The position numbers and the translations under genes were made by a program. A stretch of DNA of 64,000 nucleotides from Schmidtea polychroa (lineage: Eukaryota), in NCBI GenBank assembly GCA_044892525.1, contig CM097887.1:13330001-13394000 (forward strand), given 5' to 3'. The notes under the pieces were generated by a model that was not told the origin of the DNA, did no database searches, and worked only from the letters and a program-made list of their open reading frames with translations. This document shows positions 1-12,279 of this stretch, one piece after another (the stretch's first letter is position 1; every line of letters begins with the position of its first letter).

Positions 1-137
1 TAAATGTGTTAATCACAAAACACATTTGGTAACTTTATTATTTTGTCAATATTTTTTATATATGTCACTTATAGCAAGGAAGTCCTACTAGAAATAAGGA
101 AAAATTAAGTCCAACCTATTCCGAAGATAAGCGTTCA

Positions 138-629
138 TTGAAATTTTTCAACAACACAGTTGAAGATTTTATAAATAATCATGATACTTACAGTGATAAG
201 CAAATCATAAATATTTTAAAAATTTTCAAACATTCCTCTATTGAATATTTGATTGATTTATTTAATTATGATAAATGCATTTTGAAGTTATCTAGTTATT
301 TAATGTATTTAGAAAAAACAGTGGTAAACAACGATTCACTGAATGAATACTTTTGGAGTTGCATGTATTTAAGGTTGAAACCGGGATATAGTAGATTGAT
401 TTATGAATGGATAGCAAAAGCCGACTTGATTGAAAATAAGCTAACGAAAAAACTGAACGATGTTAAGAAAAGGTATTTAACTTGTTCAATTTGTAAAGAA
501 AATCAAGTTTCGGTTTTGTATTTACCGTGTGGTTACGTAATTGTTTGTTCTAAGTGTCACGAGAAGAATGTTCGCAATCGTCAAGCCTGTTTAATACTGA
601 TTAATGAATATCATACTATATACATGTAA
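138..629 (+). CDS. ORF with C-terminal IAP-type RING finger, partly degenerate (possible pseudogene or viral-type accessory gene)
   Basis: C-terminus CSIC..VLYLPCGY.IVCSKC..ACLIL..TIYM follows the IAP/MDM2-type C3HC4 RING spacing, but His is Tyr and the last Cys pair is incomplete; ORF track start is TTG. Confidence 0.55.
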   Translation: MKFFNNTVEDFINNHDTYSDKQIINILKIFKHSSIEYLIDLFNYDKCILKLSSYLMYLEKTVVNNDSLNEYFWSCMYLRLKPGYSRLIYEWIAKADLIENKLTKKLNDVKKRYLTCSICKENQVSVLYLPCGYVIVCSKCHEKNVRNRQACLILINEYHTIYM

Positions 630-1653
630 GTTCTCAATACAAATCAATACAATATCAAAGTCAAATGAATTATTAACAGACATAATGACGGTACTATAAT
701 GTATGAAATTTTCAAACATTGAATAATACGAAATCAGCTTGGTAATTAATTATATTGGGCGCAACTACCAAATGTTGATGATATGATGAAGGGAATTGTA
801 TTTATAATATTATTTTTAGATTATTCAGAATGAAATATACCCATGAGTTCATCAAAATGGAAAAAGATCTTCGCAAGAACCATGAAGATGCTGGATGTAT
901 TGGTTATTATTTTTTCGGAAATAAATGTTTTAATTTGTTTATATAAATTTATTGTTTTATTGTAATACTTTTTGATTAAAACATATTCATTTTGTTTTAA
1001 TATTTGTATTAATTTTTTTATATAGTGCTATTTATATATATGGAAATTTACAATTATATATAAAATTATATTTACAATTATTATAAATCATAATGATGCT
1101 TTTCTTCTGTTCATTGATTCTTCTCAGATATTACTGCCATAATCATCTTCGACAAAATGTAAAGATAATATTTCTAGTGTCTTTGTTAATCATGCCCATT
1201 TATTGCTAAGTCACTTGTATTGCAAATTTATTAGTCATACAATTATATTATTTTTTCATAATATTATTATTTTTATTTTTATTATTATGATTATTTAACA
1301 ATACCATATAGCAAATTTTTAGGCAATTTAGTGAAAAGTACATGGTTATTTTAAATATATAGCAATTTCTTAAGTAAAATATTTCCAGATAAATTTAAAA
1401 ATTTAGTTAGAAATCCATGGTTTTTGGCTGTACCATTTAATTAAAATATTCTTGGATTCATAACAAATTTTTTTATATAGTTGATAGTAATACCAATTAT
1501 CTCAATTATTTAACTAGAAACATAAATGAATTCTTAGGTAATATAGTATTTTTTAGTTAATTTATAAATATTATCTGACATTTTGATGTATCAATGCAAT
1601 ATACAACAAATTAATCAATAAAAACCATAGCATATTGTAAGTTTTTATATATA

Positions 1654-4237
1654 CAGGTAACCCTCGATTAACACGGTAGTTTGGTTCCAAGAATTCTCCG
1701 TGCTAATTAAAATCGTGTTAATCGAGACTAACAATTAATACAATTCATGGGGTTTGGTTCCAAAAAATTTAAAAAATTATTTATGTTTTTGATAGTTTTT
1801 ATTATTTTCATGCATCCAGTACAAAAAAAGAAGATTGAAATACAAATAGACTTGAAATCAAAAAATAACAAAAAATAGTAAAATAAATTCAATTATTTTG
1901 CATAAATTAATTCATTTTGCATAAATATCAAAATAAAAATATGGCATAATTTAAATTGGCCATAGATAAGGTTAACAAATTCCATCATAATCACTTTCAA
2001 CTTCATCATCACTCTCAAAATCTCTGAAAAAATGTGTAATGTGTGGCTGATTCATTTTTACTGGTGCTTCTTCATCACTTGAATAATTTTCTGACACTTC
2101 ATTAGTCGCTTGTGGTTTCTGGATTATGGTTATAAAATCAGTGAGAAGAGCCTGTTTTTGATTTTTTTTAAGTTCTTTCTCGACTTCTCGGTAAGGAGCT
2201 AAGCATTTTTCTATCTCGCGTTGAATTTTCAGACTACGGTCCATTGACGGATCATTGGCAAGGAAATGGTTTTCTAATTTTTTAGCCATCTCAAATCCTT
2301 CTCTTAATGATTTGAGTGTGAAGTTTTGCTCTGCGGCATCAGTCTCAGTATCAGTGTCTGAACTTGGTAAATCCGTATAAGTTTCGTTGACCATCACCAC
2401 TAACTCCTCGTCTCCCAAATTTGGTTCGGCTAGCAATTCTTCCACATCCTGAATGGCGAAATCTTTAAATCCTTCTCCGTCTAAGGTATGAGCTAAATCG
2501 ACAATAGCACGATATTCATCCACCACTGGTTGAATTCTATTATTAAGTAGAACCACTTCAGGCCATATAGGTTTCCAGCTACCGTTTAATGTGGAAGGTC
2601 GTAATTCCTCTACAGCCAAAGCAACTATTTTTACACAGTCCAAAAAATTGTAAAGTTCTTCCATACTTGACTGACGGTTAAGCTTGAATCTGAGTCCATT
2701 TCATCTAAAATTTTTTTAAACGTTCGCCTGATGTAGTATGCCTTAAATGTTGATATAACACCCTGATCTAAGGGTTGGGTTAATGACGTTGTATTAGGTG
2801 GGAAAAAAACGACCTTGATATTAGGATGACTTAGCTCTTGAGGATGTCCAGTAGCATTATCCAATAACAATAAAACCTTAAAATTAAGATTTTTCCGAAG
2901 CATGTACTTCTCTACTTCAGAAACAAAGCAATTCAGAAACCAGTCCTTAAATAGGCTAGCAGTTATCCAAGCTTTTTTATTTGAACGCCAATGCACGGGT
3001 AATTTTGTTTTGTCAAGAGATTTCATTGCTCTTGGATTTAATGATCGATGAATAAAAAGTGGTTTAGTCATGAAATCTCCAGATGCATTGCTACAAAACA
3101 GTAATGTTATGCGATCTTTAGCAGCTTTAAATCCACGAGCAGTTTTTTCGCTTTTTGCGATATAAGTGCGTTTTGGCATTTTTTTCCAACACAAGCCAGT
3201 TTCATCTCCATTAAAAACTTGATCAGCATGATAGCCGTGTTCCTCTATAATTTTGGCCAGTTCTTTTGGAAATACTTTAGCAGCAGCCTCGTCAGCAGAT
3301 GCGGTTTCTCCTTGAAGCTTCACATTGTGTAAAGAAAATCGTTTCTTAAAATTTTCAAACCAGCCCTTACTTCCTGAAAATTCACGAATTGGGGTCTGTT
3401 GTTCAAACGATTGTTGGGAAGTTGATGGTTGACTAGGTAAAGCTGGCGCTGGTCTGGTTTCTTTTAGATGGTTAAAAATTTTAACAGCCTTATACCTGAT
3501 AACATTTCCATCTAACGGCATTCGCTTTTGCGTATTGTCCTCTATCCAAATCATTAAAGCTTTTTCCATCATTTCCATAATAACGTCTCGAGCATGAGAT
3601 GTTTTCTTTGCACTTATGGAAGATGCAGCTGCAACGCTTTTCCTTATTTTTTCTTCATTTTTTTTTATAGTTCGTATAGTTGCTTCATTGAATCCAAAAG
3701 CTTTGGCAACTAAAGTTGATCCTTCACCTTTTCTTAAACGATCTAAAATTTCAACTTTTTGACCAAGAGATATTGCATTTCTTTTTAATTTTGTTTTGGT
3801 TGCTTTCGGCATGACGGGCTAGTTTTCTAGAAATTTATGAATTTTACAATAGAATATTAATTAAGAAAAAATCTTACAAATTCGCTGTTGTTAAACTTAA
3901 TATGTATAGTCCACGACCACTAAAAAATCTTGCTTGAATAAAATTTGAAATGGGAATTATAAAGAATTAAACAAAATTAAACTTTTAAATAAAATTAATC
4001 ACTTTTATTTATTAAAAATCAATTTTTTTTTTAAAAATTACTTCTTTTCACTACAAGAAATCAGTAATGTATGAATTTTGAAACCGTGTTAATTAAGGGT
4101 TTTCATCAATTTTGAAACCGTGTAAAATCAAAACCGTGCTAAAAAATATCGTGTTAGACAAGGGTGTGCCGCAATATTTTAACCGTGTTAAAGCGAAATC
4201 GTGTTATTCAAGTACCGTGTTAATCGAGGGTTACCTG
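1654..4237 (-). mobile_element. Tigger/pogo (Tc1/mariner superfamily) DNA transposon, full length, 2584 bp
   Basis: Perfect 25-bp TIRs CAGGTAACCCTCGATTAACACGGTA at 1654 and ending 4237, TA on both flanks; subterminal ACCGTG repeats at 4080-4220. Confidence 0.95.
1972..3812 (-). pseudogene. Tigger-type transposase (CENP-B HTH + DDE) split by one frameshift
   Basis: ORFs 2631..3812 and 1972..2664 overlap; motifs LGQKVEIL, FSGSKGWFENFKKR, FNGDETGL, LLLDNATGH, QPLDQG; an extra T in a T6 run near 2645 shifts TILDCVK to TIFWTV*. Confidence 0.9.
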
Positions 4238-4240
4238 TAG

Positions 4241-6295
4241 TCTGAATTTATCCGACAATATATTTTGTCCCCCTATGTGTATTTGTCGTAAGGGTACTGC
4301 TTACATTCAACATGTCGCAAGGGTACTGCTTACATTCAACATGTCGCAAGGGTATATAAATTAAAGCACATGTATATTAGTTAAAAATTCTTAGGTAATT
4401 TAGTGAGAAATGGATGATCATAGATATCAGAAATTCGTGAATATTTTGAATGTAACTTACCGAATTCTCATTTCGAGCGACTAATTTATTGGTTAACTTT
4501 GTCATGTTTAGTCATTTAAAATAATATTTAGCAAAAGGTAAGATATGAATATTTAGTATTTCATAGGTAATTTATTCATGTAATGTTCATTACAATAGTT
4601 AATATAACTTCGTGGGAAATGCATATTCATTAATAACAACATATATTCATTGATAATTTTGGTAGAAAGTCTTTATCATTTGGAGTAAATTTCTATCTTT
4701 GTTTGAGGCAAAAGGAGTCATAATAGAAACATGATCATTTAGTTATCATTTTACAAATGAAGGTGCTTATTAGTTAGAAATATAGGGTTACAATTCTTTT
4801 CTAATTTATTGAGATGATCATTGGGTGTAATATATCTTTGTGAGAAATACATGCTTAACATTATTAAATAGGGATTTTGAGTAACCTTTTACCAAAAAAG
4901 CGATATTTTGTGCGAATAATTTAAGAATATTGGTTAATTTTCTCTTTTTTAGTCAGTTAAAATAATATTTAACAAAGGTAATTTAGTAAAATATCATTGA
5001 AAGATTTATCCATCCGATAACAATATTCCTTCAATAGATTTTACCCTTAATATTCAACCGATTTAATTTCTAGAAATCTAATTAAAATCATAAAATATTT
5101 TCAATAAAGATCAATTTTCTTTAGCTGTTGTCGATTTCCAACTTTTAAGTCAATATTTCTCAATATTTCCCCACAATGAATAAAATAACTTCTTAAATAA
5201 AATAATTTAATAACCTTTGATATCATTCTCAATTAATTCTAAAGATTTCAAATATTTCATTGTCAAAACCAAGTAAATTGATCATTAACCCTAAACGACT
5301 TAATAAAACAATGGTTAATTAATAAAAATTGGTTCTAAAACATAAATTACTGTGCAATAACATTCATCACAACCTAATAAACCTCTAAAACGATATAATT
5401 TCACAGGAACAATTATTAATTCACAGTTAAATACTGACTATGTCCCTTTGATATTTTATCAATAAGAACATTGTCGATTTAAATAGAGATTTCAAACATT
5501 TCCACCTTAACCGATCCCTCACTAAATATTTCTACCCCTTTAAATACTCCCCTTTAAAAATCATATATTACCATCTTAACTAAACCTTCACTAAATCCAA
5601 CCGACTTTAATATATCAATTCTCTTAAAATCCATAGAAAATTCTTCAAAATATGAATTTTATTTAATTGTTATAGACATCCTTCCATTGAAATAATTTAG
5701 TATCTAAATTCATATAGTAAGAGCTCACTAAAAGATCAAAATTCACTAAAATCAATATTTTCTATAAATATTTCACCACATTTACCATCAAATACCTAAC
5801 TAGAGATGAAATATATTGATTCTTCATCGATTCAGCCAATTATATAGCAATTATAACCGTGATATATCTTTCAAAATCACAAATTTCAGTATATTTTACA
5901 ATAATTTTTACAAAAATTAAATAATAATCACTTGATTATTGTAAAAACTCTAATTATTAACCTAACTGTCATTAAAAATAATTTTTATTTAAAATTAAAT
6001 TTAAAAACAAGTCAATAAAATATAGCAAATTATCCAGAAATTAATTAAATTTGTCTTAGAATTTAAATTAGACCTTAAATTTTCAATTATTCACAAAAAG
6101 GTTAGTAATAATGTTAGTAAAATCCCGCTAACTCTAAAAATTACCAATGAATTTAATGCTAAATAATAACCAAATATTTGCCTAAATAAAAACATTAAAA
6201 CACACCAGTACCTTTACGACCAGTACCCTTTCGAGCAGTACCATTTGTGAACAGTACCCATAGAGGGAGAAAATATCTTGTAGGATAAACTCAGA
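4241..6295. mobile_element. Putative non-autonomous TIR element (~2 kb)
   Basis: ~37-bp imperfect inverted ends (TCTGAATTTATCCGACAATATATTTTGTCCCCCTATG vs reverse complement of CATAGAGGGAGAAAATATCTTGTAGGATAAACTCAGA); subterminal GGGTACTGC/CAGTACCC repeats; related end sequences recur at 6475-6508 and 8340-8390 next to N-gaps. Confidence 0.45.
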
Positions 6296-6654
6296 GTATA
6301 TATTTATATAATAAAACGAATTAGCAATAACTCCATCAAATTAAATCAGCCAAATTAACACAAATTTTGATAAAAAATCTTATTCTAAAATGGTAAGAAG
6401 CGTAAAGTCGAAAGATAATTTTAATAACACTCGAGATAAATTAACAATATTATTCTTTGCAACCTGTTGAGTGTGAGCAGTACCCATAGGGGGACAAAAT
6501 ATTTTGTCNNNNNNNNNNNNNNNNNNNNNNNNNNNNNNNNNNNNNNNNNNNNNNNNNNNNNNNNNNNNNNNNNNNNNNNNNNNNNNNNNNNNNNNNNNNN
6601 NNNNNNNNNNNNNNNNNNNNNNNNNNNNNNNNNNNNNNNNNNNNNNNNNNNNNT

Positions 6655-7014
6655 TTTGAAAATAATTTTGAAAATGATAATAATAATATTTTATAAATAA
6701 ACTAAGAATTTTGAAGAAAATAATGATGAAAATATTGAAAATCGTGAAAATTATGAAAATGTTAAAAATCATGAAAATATAGAAAATGATGAAAATGTTC
6801 CTGAAAATGTTGAAAATCGTGAAAATATGGAAAATAATGAAACTTTGAAAATGATGAAAATATTGAAAATGATGAAAACGTTAAAAATTATGAAAATGTT
6901 CCTGAAAATAATCATCAAATATTGAAAATCGTAAATTGATGCAGAAATTAAGTTTTATGAATATTTAAGTAAACAATAATAAAACATCGAAAATAAAATA
7001 ATGAGAACTTCGCA

Positions 7015-7078
<64 letters not shown>

Positions 7079-7306
7079 TTGATAAAAACTTAAAAACTAA
7101 TTTGAAAAATAATACTTTGAATAATATTCGATGAAAAAATCCTGAAATAATCATGAAAATGTAGAAAATTATTAAAATAATCATGCAAATGATGAAAATG
7201 TTGAAAATCATGTAATTGACGTAGAAATTATAAATATTTTATAAATATTTAAGTAAATAATAATAATGAAACTTCTAAATTAAAATAATAATTAGAACTT
7301 TCCAAA

Positions 7307-7337
<31 letters not shown>

Positions 7338-7610
7338 AATTCTTTGAAAATAATTCTTTAAAAATAATACTTTGAAAAATATTTGATGAAAATGTTCCTG
7401 AAATAATCATGAAAATGCTGAAAATCGTGAAAATGTTGAAAATCATGAAAATGCTGAAAATCATGAAAATGTTGAAAATCGCGAAAATATTGAAAATGTA
7501 GGAAATTATGAAAATAATGAAAATTATTAAAATATTCATGCAAATGATGAAAATATTCATGCAAATGATGAAAATGTTGAAAATCATGAAATTGACGTAG
7601 AAATTAAGTT
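6655..7610. repeat. 9-bp GAAAAT-nnn minisatellite in ~3 higher-order units plus (AAT)n microsatellite
   Basis: Repeated GAAAATCAT/GAAAATGTT/GAAAATGAT units; pure (AAT)n at ~7016-7078. Confidence 0.85.
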
Positions 7611-7759
7611 NNNNNNNNNNNNNNNNNNNNNNNNNNNNNNNNNNNNNNNNNNNNNNNNNNNNNNNNNNNNNNNNNNNNNNNNNNNNNNNNNNNNNNNNNN
7701 NNNNNNNNNNNNNNNNNNNNNNNNNNNNNNNNNNNNNNNNNNNNGAGGGCGTTAATATC

Positions 7760-8240
7760 TTTCCCAATAATAATGATAAATTAAATAATTACATAATCGA
7801 TAATTTAAACAAACGTAATCTATAATTAAAACAAAAAATAATATAATCAACGATTTAAACAAAATGAAATTATTATGTAATTGATAATTAAAACAAAATA
7901 AATAATATAATCAACGATTTAAACAAAATTAAATTATTACATAATCGATAATTTAAACAAACGTAATCGATAATTAAAACAAAAAATAATATAATCAACG
8001 ATTTAAACAAAATGAAATTATTATGTAATTGATAATTAAAACAAAAAATATTATTATATAATGAACGATTTAAACAAAATTAAATTATTAAGTAATCGAT
8101 AATTAAAACAAAAATAAAAATATTATTATATAATCAACGATTTAAACAAAATTAAATTATTAAGTAATTGATAATTAAAACAAAAATAAAAATATTATCA
8201 TATAATCAACGATTTAAAGAAAATTATTATTATTACGCAA
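7760..8240. repeat. ~60-bp tandem repeat related to the Maverick TIR internal repeat
   Basis: Units like AAATTATTA(C/A)(A/G)TAATCGATAATTAAAACAAAA match the repeat at 48090-48170 in the complete Maverick TIR. Confidence 0.7.
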
Positions 8241-8734
8241 TATTTTGAAAAATAATGATATGACCTTGAAAATAATAATATTTTGAAAAATAATAATATG
8301 ACCTTAAAAAAATAAAATAATCGAATGCGAGTTGTTGAGCGTGAGCAGTACCTTTGTGAGCATTACCCATGGGGGACAGAATATTTTGTCNNNNNNNNNN
8401 NNNNNNNNNNNNNNNNNNNNNNNNNNNNNNNNNNNNNNNNNNNNNNNNNNNNNNNNNNNNNNNNNNNNNNNNNNNNNNNNNNNNNNNNNNNNNNNNNNNN
8501 NNNNNNNNNNNNNNNNNNNNNNNNNNNNNNNNNNNNNNNNNNNNNNNNNNNNNNNNNNNNNNNAATCATAATAACAAGATATATGGCTCATTCGAAAGGT
8601 CTTGGATTGAGCTTTAAAATGAGCTATCGGTGAATAATTTTCGTTGGCGGGAACTTTGAAAAAATTAATAAAAAAATAATTATATTTTTTAAAAATAATA
8701 ATAAAAATAATAATATTTTTTAAAAATAATAATA

Positions 8735-9079
8735 TGACCTTGATGAATCATCGCGATGACTCATGTGACCTTGGGAATGACCTTGGATGAGTCATGCGAC
8801 CTTGAAAATGACCTTGATGAGTCATAGGGTGACTCAGGCGACCTTGAGAATGACCTTGACGAGTCATGGTCTTTGTTTAAATGACCTTGGGAATTTTGAT
8901 GTGTCATAGTATGAGTCATATGGCCTTGAAAATGACCTTGATGAGTCATCGTATGAGTCATATGACCTTGAAAATGACCTTGATGAGTCATGGCCTTTGT
9001 TTGAATGACCTTGAAAATAAAAATTTAACCTTGAAAAAAAATTTTAAAAAATTTCCCTGTCGGGGGGTGGGGGGGTACT
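8735..9079. repeat. TGACCTTG / TGAGTCA motif array ending in an A-tract, G-tract and TACT (probable terminus of a related Maverick)
   Basis: About ten TGACCTTG and about eight TGAGTCA/TGACTCA motifs, then GGGGGGTGGGGGGGTACT; similar architecture to the right TIR of the complete element. Confidence 0.55.
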
Positions 9080-9353
9080 GTGCTAGAGGTGCCCTGTGCC
9101 AGCGGTGCCCAATCCATCCACTCTTTACATTTGTTTTGTCTCGAGATTTTGATTTGAATCAAAGTCAATTACCACAACAAGGAAATTTAAAATTTAATAA
9201 ATCACTCGAGGAATCGGTTTATGTAATAGTATACGAAGTTTTCGAAAGAGAATTACAAATTACTGCAAGTCGATCAGTATTGTTTTGAAAGTATTTCAAA
9301 CATTATTGGTTTAAAATGAAGTAAACAATAGAAACAAATTATTATGGAGTAAG

Positions 9354-9723
9354 TTTTTAATTACTAATTAATTTTATTTGATTAGTTTTATTCAGGTTAA
9401 TTAAATTTGGAAATGTTGTTGGGGAATCAGTTTACTGGATTATTCCAATTAGATAAATCCCCTACCTGAACGTAAACCAAGCTATAGTCGTCAATACTCA
9501 ATCATCAAATCTTAGTGGAGAACATTAGATTGCAATATATGTGAAACCGGATAAAATACATATTTTTGATCCGATGGGATATTATTATTCAGATATAATG
9601 ATAACAAAACTACAAACAATTGGTAAACCCCTTCTGTATAATAAAATTCGTTACTAAAATCTAATGACTAAAACATGTGGTCAACATTGCCTTGCATGGT
9701 TAAATTCAATGTTATATGTATAA
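9354..9723 (+). pseudogene. Maverick cysteine protease pseudogene
   Basis: Matches 40477-40858; EHW became EH* and YQN became Y*N; ATGGA|GTAAGT donor retained. Confidence 0.8.
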
Positions 9724-10310
9724 ACGATGTAGTTATATAAATGTTATTAGTAAAAATGTCTTGTTATTTTATTGACTTTGTTGGTTATAATGATCATGCT
9801 GGTGGCATAATTAATAAAGAATTATGTATTATGAATGTAAATAATATTTTACGCCCAAAGTATTGGTTATTTAATGATTTACCATTTTGAGCTGGACATG
9901 AAAATTCAGATCGATTGGAATGGTATGAAGGTGAAGATTCGTTTTGTCCAACATGTATATTGAAGATACAAGTGGAATTTTCTATATCACTGATCTAGAT
10001 TTGAAGTTTTGAAGAATTATTTCCCAAATTTAAGATTAATAAAATATTCAATCCAATTATCAGAATATTTTCCTGATAATATCTTGTGTCCTTTCCGTGA
10101 TCATTCTAATTGTGCTTACAAAAATTGTTTAATTGCTGTGTTAGATTATTTAAAAAATTAATAAATTTTTGATTAAAAATTTTATTATTAATTTTGTTAT
10201 TACCATATGCATTGCGAGTGCAGTTTAAATGCATGAATAATCATGTTCTTTTAGTTTGTGTGAAATTTTTATTTTGCAATGTGTGTAAATTTTGCTTCCT
10301 AATGTGTATG

Positions 10311-11320
10311 TGTTAGGTTCGATGGGTATGTATTCGAACTAACACAAAACTTTTATCTGACTGCAAAAATTTATAACGCGTGTAGGTAAATAAATAACAA
10401 ATATGATTTAAATATTTATTAAAAGTAAATTATATTTTTACACAATTGTTGATATTACAAAAACAACCTAGCTGCTTCTTAAAGGACAGAAAACGGTTAT
10501 ACAAACCGCCCTAAAGAGTATTACTAAGAATCAAGGCTGGCCCTAAATGCGCCAACAGCCCGATATAGGTGAACGGAAAAGAGATAGGGAAGTTTACCTA
10601 ATTTTAACGCGATAGAGTCAACCAAGAAATCGGTTAACCCTTTAAATTATATCTGAAACGAGACAGCTACAAAAAGGATAAGTGGTGACGTTACAATCCC
10701 CCTTAATATAATTTAAGTAATTGAATATATTTATATGTATATATATTTTAAATCAAGAAATACTAACTAATTATTTAATTCAAACAAAGGCGAGATAAAC
10801 CACAGATTGGTTGACGAACTTGCCACAAATATATATATATTCTCCTTTCTTCTTTAATTAATACTCCAATGGATATTGGAGTTTAGATATAGTATTGATG
10901 AGGCAAAAATTCCAAGATAATTGTTAAACTTTTTCCACAATCGATAGTTGAATATCAAATTAGTATTGAATGTCGAATCAAACTTGAATGTCAAATCAGA
11001 TAAATACTGTTCCTTTCCACTATTCTTGATCTTTTCTGTCGTGTCCTATTTTTCTCCGTCCCTGAACTCAACTTTTCAACTGGTATTTATATTTATTTAT
11101 TTATTTTAATCTAATTATTTAATTACTATTTTTATTATATATTTTTAAACAATTACTATTTTTGTTACAATTCTATTTTTAGTAATTGTTTATTACTATT
11201 TATATTTTAATTCTAATTTTAGTAATTATTTTCTATTTTAGGTAATTTTTAAATACTAATTTTAATTAATTATTAATTAATTCTACAAATTTTGATTCCG
11301 GTTCCTACTGAACCCCAACA
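10311..11320. mobile_element. ~1-kb insertion with TG...CA ends (solo LTR or Ginger-like non-autonomous element) inside the decayed Maverick
   Basis: Starts TGTTAGGTTC, ends GAACCCCAACA; absent from the homologous site of the complete element (CTTCCTAATGTGTGAAAAG); flanks TGTATG/TGTGTG resemble an imperfect 6-bp TSD. Confidence 0.65.
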
Positions 11321-11442
11321 TGTGTGAAAAGTATTTCACAGTGCGTGTGTCCAAATTACATATTACGCAATTTATGATAAATAAAGGAATTTTTTAGGAT
11401 TTTTCATCACTTTTATATACCTAAAATTTTAAATTGAACAAA

Positions 11443-11784
11443 ATGTATAGAAATATTCAAGAAAAACAAAACGGGAACGGTCTCAAGAATGGTAAGATTT
11501 ATTTATTTATTTGTCATTATTATTGATATAATTTACAGCACTTAATCAAATTTTCAACAAAAGCTCTAACACTAACACTGGAAACATGACAAATGGTATT
11601 TCATTATTATTATTAAATTTATAATAATTTATTCTTTTTAGATTTTATTATAAACAACATGAATGGATTCAGCATAAATGGAAGAAACGTGAACGAATCA
11701 ATTACAAATAATAATAATGATGGTATCAATTTGATTGCATACAGTAATGCATATGGAAAAAATGGTTGCAAAATGCCAAAATGA
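11443..11784 (+). pseudogene. Second copy of the three-exon Asn-rich Maverick gene (exons 11443-11491, 11539-11595, 11642-11784)
   Basis: GT-AG introns of 47 and 46 bp at the same positions as in the complete element; frame preserved; AGA-to-TGA stop near the C-terminus. Confidence 0.7.
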
Positions 11785-12279
11785 AAAGTTAAATGAAAGA
11801 TTTTATTTTTATTTAAAGTTTTTTTAATGATTTTATAAGTTTTTATTAAAGTATTTATTAATGTTTTTTTATTTTAATAATTATTATTTTAGTTTTATTA
11901 AAACTTTAAATACAATAATTAAAATATATTACTTTGAATAATAATAGTTTGAACTGTTACGATTCAGGTTAAATTTATTTTTATCATGAACTTATTTTGA
12001 TTTTGTATTAAGTATGTTTAAACTATTATATAATAGGTTGAATATAGTTACAATCAAATCAATTTACCTTTTTGATAAAAATATANNNNNNNNNNNNNNN
12101 NNNNNNNNNNNNNNNNNNNNNNNNNNNNNNNNNNNNNNNNNNNNNNNNNNNNNNNNNNNNNNNNNNNNNNNNNNNNNNNNNNNNNNNNNNNNNNNNNNNN
12201 NNNNNNNNNNNNNCATTCAGGCTCAAAATATCAAAATTACTGTAATAGTTCTTTACATGATGATTGCGATTTCATAATG

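Noticed and set aside
6948-7767. Minus-strand Ile/Phe/Leu-rich ORFs that look like membrane proteins
   Set aside because: Antisense readings of GAAAAT and AAT repeats
6380-8633. ORF-track entries containing X runs (also 12014-12982, 16576-16848, 38766-39018)
   Set aside because: They are open only because they cross N-gaps; no coding evidence, except where they overlap PolB
8735-9015. Possible CRISPR-like repeat-spacer array
   Set aside because: Units are short and degenerate with no unique spacers; eukaryotic context and no cas genes
8761-9288. ORFs MTHQGHFQGH... and MTLGILM...
   Set aside because: Translations of the TGACCTTG/TGAGTCA array; only the last ~55 aa of 8881..9288 is a real MCP remnant
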